Source: a virus. From it: 43,846 nt of DNA. The translations under genes and the position numbers were made by a program. The notes under the pieces are model-generated. The model was not told the origin of the DNA. It worked only from the letters and a program-made list of their open reading frames with translations, and searched no databases. Positions 40,874-43,846 of the stretch are shown here, one piece after another. Location of the stretch: the IMG/VR virus record IMGVR_UViG_3300037421_000071. One strand, 5' to 3'. Numbering within the stretch: the stretch's first letter is position 1; the number at the start of each line of letters is the position of its first letter.

Positions 40874-41329
40874 TCAGGAGAGGTTAATTAATGCGGTACC
40901 CGCAGCGTTGGTGGGCATGTTGAGTGTCAACGTGCCAGCGGTTACGGTGGTGGAACCGAAGTTGAACGACAGAATCGCGCGGTTGCTCTGCGTCGAGTTG
41001 TAGAGCAGCACCGTATCGAAAGCCGTCGAGAGCGTCACCGACGAATAGACGATGGCGGCGGATGGGGTCCAATAGGCTGTCGTACCCGAGCTCGTCGGAA
41101 CGGTCGCATTCGTGACCGTCACGCCGCCCGCGGCATAGTTGGTGCCCGACACTTCACTGGTCGCGCTATAAGCGGTCGTGGCTGCACCGACGGAACCGGT
41201 CGTGAGATACAGAGCGGCCTTGACCGTATCGGTCGTGGTCGCACCGCGTGTGACGGTCGTACCGAGGGCGTGCAAGGCGAGCATCAGCTCGACCTTGAAA
41301 GAGGTGCAGATCGCAGTGCTGTTCGCCAA
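40874..41329 (-). CDS. beta-rich virion-associated hypothetical protein
   Basis: 151-aa T/A/S/V-rich ORF just upstream of the spike genes (KAALYLTTGS...VSGTNYAAGGVTVTNA...TAYWTPSAA...LLYNSTQSNRAILSFNFG). Confidence 0.5.
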   Translation of the reverse strand: MANSTAICTSFKVELMLALHALGTTVTRGATTTDTVKAALYLTTGSVGAATTAYSATSEVSGTNYAAGGVTVTNATVPTSSGTTAYWTPSAAIVYSSVTLSTAFDTVLLYNSTQSNRAILSFNFGSTTVTAGTLTLNMPTNAAGTALINLS

Positions 41330-41339
41330 GACCGTCTCC

Positions 41340-41546
41340 TCAACTTAACTTGCCAGGGACCGCTCGCGAGACATTCGGGCTCCGGAGCATATCGGCTGTC
41401 ACTGATTGCTTGACCAACTCACCGTTGTGGTAATAGTTGTGATAGACCTTCCGGCAGTTATCAAAGACCTCCACCACATCCTCGACGACCAGATCGTCTA
41501 ACTCGATGAGTCCTTTCACAGTCTCTACTAGATTGGTCATAACCAC
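41340..41546 (-). CDS. hypothetical protein
   Basis: 68-aa ORF on the operon strand. Confidence 0.45.
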   Translation of the reverse strand: MVMTNLVETVKGLIELDDLVVEDVVEVFDNCRKVYHNYYHNGELVKQSVTADMLRSPNVSRAVPGKLS

Positions 41547-41559
41547 TCTTTGCGGAACG

Positions 41560-42024
41560 TTACAAACGGTCCAAGTAGTTGTTACGCTCGACGAACCCCG
41601 TTACGCCATCCACTTCCGGAGCATCGTAGAAGGCATCGTTGTGTTCGCGCGTGTACATGTCATCTGTCGGGCAGCACTCCTTGCGATCGAAGCCCGCCTT
41701 GACGCTCTTTGCCGTCAGGTCCTGCGTGACATCGCCTGCGTTGTGGCCGCGGGCGCGGTTCCCCGCGATCGATTCGTTAAACACGCGCTGATCGGTCTCC
41801 TCCTGATCTTCACCATCCATGCCGGGCGGCAGTGACTGGAAGAAGCGCGCGTTGTTCATGAACTGCGCTTGCGGGTCACCTCCCGCCCTGTCCTCGCGCC
41901 CGGGCGTACCCTTCTTGACTCTCGCCGAGCGACTACTCGCCCACGGGCGGCCCGCGCCCTCAGCACCAGCATCGACTTCCGGGTAGTTAACCTGGAACTT
42001 CTCTTGTATGAACTTAGGCATCAC
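41560..42024 (-). CDS. hypothetical protein, LPPGMDxEDQE-motif paralog B
   Basis: 154 aa. Contains ARFFQSLPPGMDGEDQEETDQR. Its start overlaps the stop of paralog A. Confidence 0.5.
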   Translation of the reverse strand: MMPKFIQEKFQVNYPEVDAGAEGAGRPWASSRSARVKKGTPGREDRAGGDPQAQFMNNARFFQSLPPGMDGEDQEETDQRVFNESIAGNRARGHNAGDVTQDLTAKSVKAGFDRKECCPTDDMYTREHNDAFYDAPEVDGVTGFVERNNYLDRL

Positions 42025-42398
42025 CAGCCATCCTTGGGATAGCTCAAGCCCCCACTGTAGGTGTACGTCTCCATCGTGCGGATGTCGGCGTTCTCTTGGT
42101 CCTCGATATCCATGCCAGGCGGGAGCGTGTTGTAGAACGCGTCGATGCCGTACTCGAGGCCCTTCTTGACGATGTAGCCGTTGTTGTTGATGCCGGCCTT
42201 GTCCAGTACTTTGCCTACTGACTTCGGCACCAGGCTGTCCGCTTCGCTGTCGGACGGCGACTTCACCGCGTGACGCTTCTGCGCGCGGGCGTTCGCCGAC
42301 TTCTTGACGTCCTCGGCATCCGGTGCGTCACCGCCGTAACTCGTGGTCGCAAGTCCATCCTTAGAGGCTTGCGGACTCTCGTACATTTTCTTAGCCAT
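42021..42398 (-). CDS. hypothetical protein, LPPGMDxEDQE-motif paralog A
   Basis: 125 aa. Contains DAFYNTLPPGMDIEDQENADIR. Confidence 0.5.
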   Translation of the reverse strand: MAKKMYESPQASKDGLATTSYGGDAPDAEDVKKSANARAQKRHAVKSPSDSEADSLVPKSVGKVLDKAGINNNGYIVKKGLEYGIDAFYNTLPPGMDIEDQENADIRTMETYTYSGGLSYPKDGW

Positions 42399-42407
42399 GA
42401 AAGCTCC

Positions 42408-42815
42408 TTAAATCGTCACGTTGGCGAGCGGCGAGGTGACGACCTCGACCGATCCCACATAGGTACCGGTCGCATCCGTCCCCTTCTGCACCCACCACGT
42501 ATCGCCCTGGTTGACGGTGACTTGGGACGCTGCGGCCGGCGTGAAGTTGCCGAAGAAGGCCGCCGAGCCCATCGTCCCGTACGCCGTGGTCGTGGTGGTG
42601 GTATTGGTTCCCGCGCCGGTTCGCACCACGAGAACGTTAACGACATCGGCGGAGGTGTTAATGGTGGTGGCAGCAAGTGTCACGGACTTGATGATTTCCG
42701 TGGTGAATGCCGCGTACTTGGTGCTCACTCCTGCGGAACCGTTCAACTGTCCCGTCGGGTAGCCACGTACCGCGGTATAGGCCGGGTGGTCGTACGCCAT
42801 GCTTTTAGTCGCCAT
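42408..42815 (-). CDS. capsid decoration/cement protein (putative)
   Basis: 135-aa beta-rich ORF two genes after the capsid gene, with a T-rich loop (GAGTNTTTTTTAYG). The call is from position only. Confidence 0.35.
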   Translation of the reverse strand: MATKSMAYDHPAYTAVRGYPTGQLNGSAGVSTKYAAFTTEIIKSVTLAATTINTSADVVNVLVVRTGAGTNTTTTTTAYGTMGSAAFFGNFTPAAASQVTVNQGDTWWVQKGTDATGTYVGSVEVVTSPLANVTI

Positions 42816-42875
42816 AAATATCCTTCGTGGTGCCTCTTACCTTGTGTTCACTCGCTACCGGGAAGCAGGCCCCGC

Positions 42876-43070
42876 CTAGCGCTTATCGGGCTTCTTCAAC
42901 TTCATGATGGTCGTGGGAGCGGTTCTGTCGGGAACTACGCTCGGGCTGTTCACCGCGATCGTGAGTCCCGCGCCGTCGTAATACCCGTGGGTGTATACGG
43001 CTTCCAGTCCCTCGAGTTCACCCACATCGAGGTTGGCTTTGTAGATCGCTTCGAGCTGCTGGAGCGTCAT
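42876..43070 (-). CDS. hypothetical protein
   Basis: 64-aa ORF with an ATGA overlap to the capsid gene stop. Confidence 0.45.
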   Translation of the reverse strand: MTLQQLEAIYKANLDVGELEGLEAVYTHGYYDGAGLTIAVNSPSVVPDRTAPTTIMKLKKPDKR

Positions 43071-43846
43071 GCCGCACTATCCCATTTCACGATGCGGACG
43101 TTCGCGGCGAGTGTATGAACGATGCCGAAGCCACCTAAGTAGTACCAGGCGATACCCTTGCTCCGTCCGTAGTCGGTCGGGATCTTGCCGCGCATCTCCT
43201 CGGGTACCGCGATTGCTTCAGCGACCGTGTCGTTACCGAAAAAGAAGATCCAGTCGGACTTCGCCTGACTCCAGGCGGTCGTTGTGATGCCGTCCGTCCC
43301 GGTGCCCTTGGCGATGTTGGTCTGCTCGATGTAGCGCACGTTCTCGTAGCGGCCGATCTCGCCGTTCATGATGAGATTGAAGCCGGTGTCGGAATACTGG
43401 TGGATCGTCTCGAGGTTGTTCTTGAACGTTCGCAGCGTCGTCGGCCAGGCGAGCGCGTAGTAGTCATCCGCGATGTAAGCGGGGATGTTGCGTTCCTTCA
43501 TCGTGTCCACGATGGATTTCGCATGGGAGTTGGAGTAGGCGACCGTGTTGGTACCCGTGACGGTGCCATTGGTGTAGAGCTGAATGGCCGATGTATCCGT
43601 ACCGCTCGATGCGATTACCCGCAGCAGTGTCTGGTTAAACTGTGTCCACGCGAGCCGATCGAAGCTCTTCACCGCATCGTTCTTGAGGACTTTCTTGATG
43701 ACATCCTCGACGGGGAACTTCGAGAGGTTGTCGAGCTTGCCGGAATAGGGAAGCGAGTTCCCGGCTTCGGTGATGGTGAGCGTGCCCTGTACGATGGTGA
43801 AGTTCGTCTCGGGCATGGTATTGGTTTCGGTCAATACCCCGCCCGC
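43067..43846 (-). CDS. major capsid protein (HK97-fold type), C-terminal 259 codons; the 5' end lies beyond the window end and is found at 128..319
   Basis: The ORF reads to the window edge. It lies directly after the scaffold gene on the closed map. Sequence features include DDYYALAWPTTLRTFKNNLE, GEIGRYENVRYIEQTNI and GIAWYYLGGFGIVH. Full length is ~323 aa when joined with 1..319. Confidence 0.75.
   Translation of the reverse strand, partial: AGGVLTETNTMPETNFTIVQGTLTITEAGNSLPYSGKLDNLSKFPVEDVIKKVLKNDAVKSFDRLAWTQFNQTLLRVIASSGTDTSAIQLYTNGTVTGTNTVAYSNSHAKSIVDTMKERNIPAYIADDYYALAWPTTLRTFKNNLETIHQYSDTGFNLIMNGEIGRYENVRYIEQTNIAKGTGTDGITTTAWSQAKSDWIFFFGNDTVAEAIAVPEEMRGKIPTDYGRSKGIAWYYLGGFGIVHTLAANVRIVKWDSAA
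43720..43846. repeat. 127-bp exact direct repeat, copy 2 (identical to 1..127)
   Basis: See copy 1. Confidence 0.95.

Overview
The window is one complete tailed-phage (Caudoviricetes) genome of about 43.7 kb. Bases 1-127 are identical to 43720-43846, so the contig closes on itself (circular assembly or terminal redundancy), and the major capsid gene is split across the window ends. The sequence is visibly GC-rich and almost gap-free, with many ATGA/GTGA/TGATG start-stop overlaps. Two divergent arms start from a Cro-like/XRE-like regulator pair at ~12.3 kb. The short rightward (+) early arm (12385-20175) holds small ORFs, a Sak4-like ATPase, a PD-(D/E)XK nuclease and two low-GC HNH-type endonuclease genes. 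The ~36-kb leftward (-) arm wraps through the window ends. It encodes a DUF1376 protein, VRR-NUC, TerS, TerL, portal, scaffold and an HK97-like capsid. These are followed by large glycan-degrading fibre/spike proteins, a P22 gp4/gp10-like adaptor and tail hub, three ejection-type proteins, a tailspike and a lysis cassette with a GH24 endolysin and embedded Rz/Rz1-type spanins. Gene order is podovirus (P22/BPP-1)-like, and the spanins plus a lipobox o-spanin imply a diderm host. No integrase, DNA polymerase, tRNA, rRNA or CRISPR array was seen. The most noteworthy observations are these. (1) Non-structural enzymes are wired into the virion operon: a SAM-methyltransferase/GT9 heptosyltransferase-like fusion coupled directly to a fibre gene built of ~20-aa S/T-rich repeats, a GNAT, and a PurD-like ATP-grasp ligase. 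(2) A PagL-like lipid A deacylase barrel follows the spanins. (3) A small early protein carries a PEP-CTERM-like tail. (4) An alanine-repeat protein is encoded on a slippery tandem DNA repeat. (5) A four-operator switch has apparently leaderless starts. All family names come from motif recognition by eye, not from database searches.
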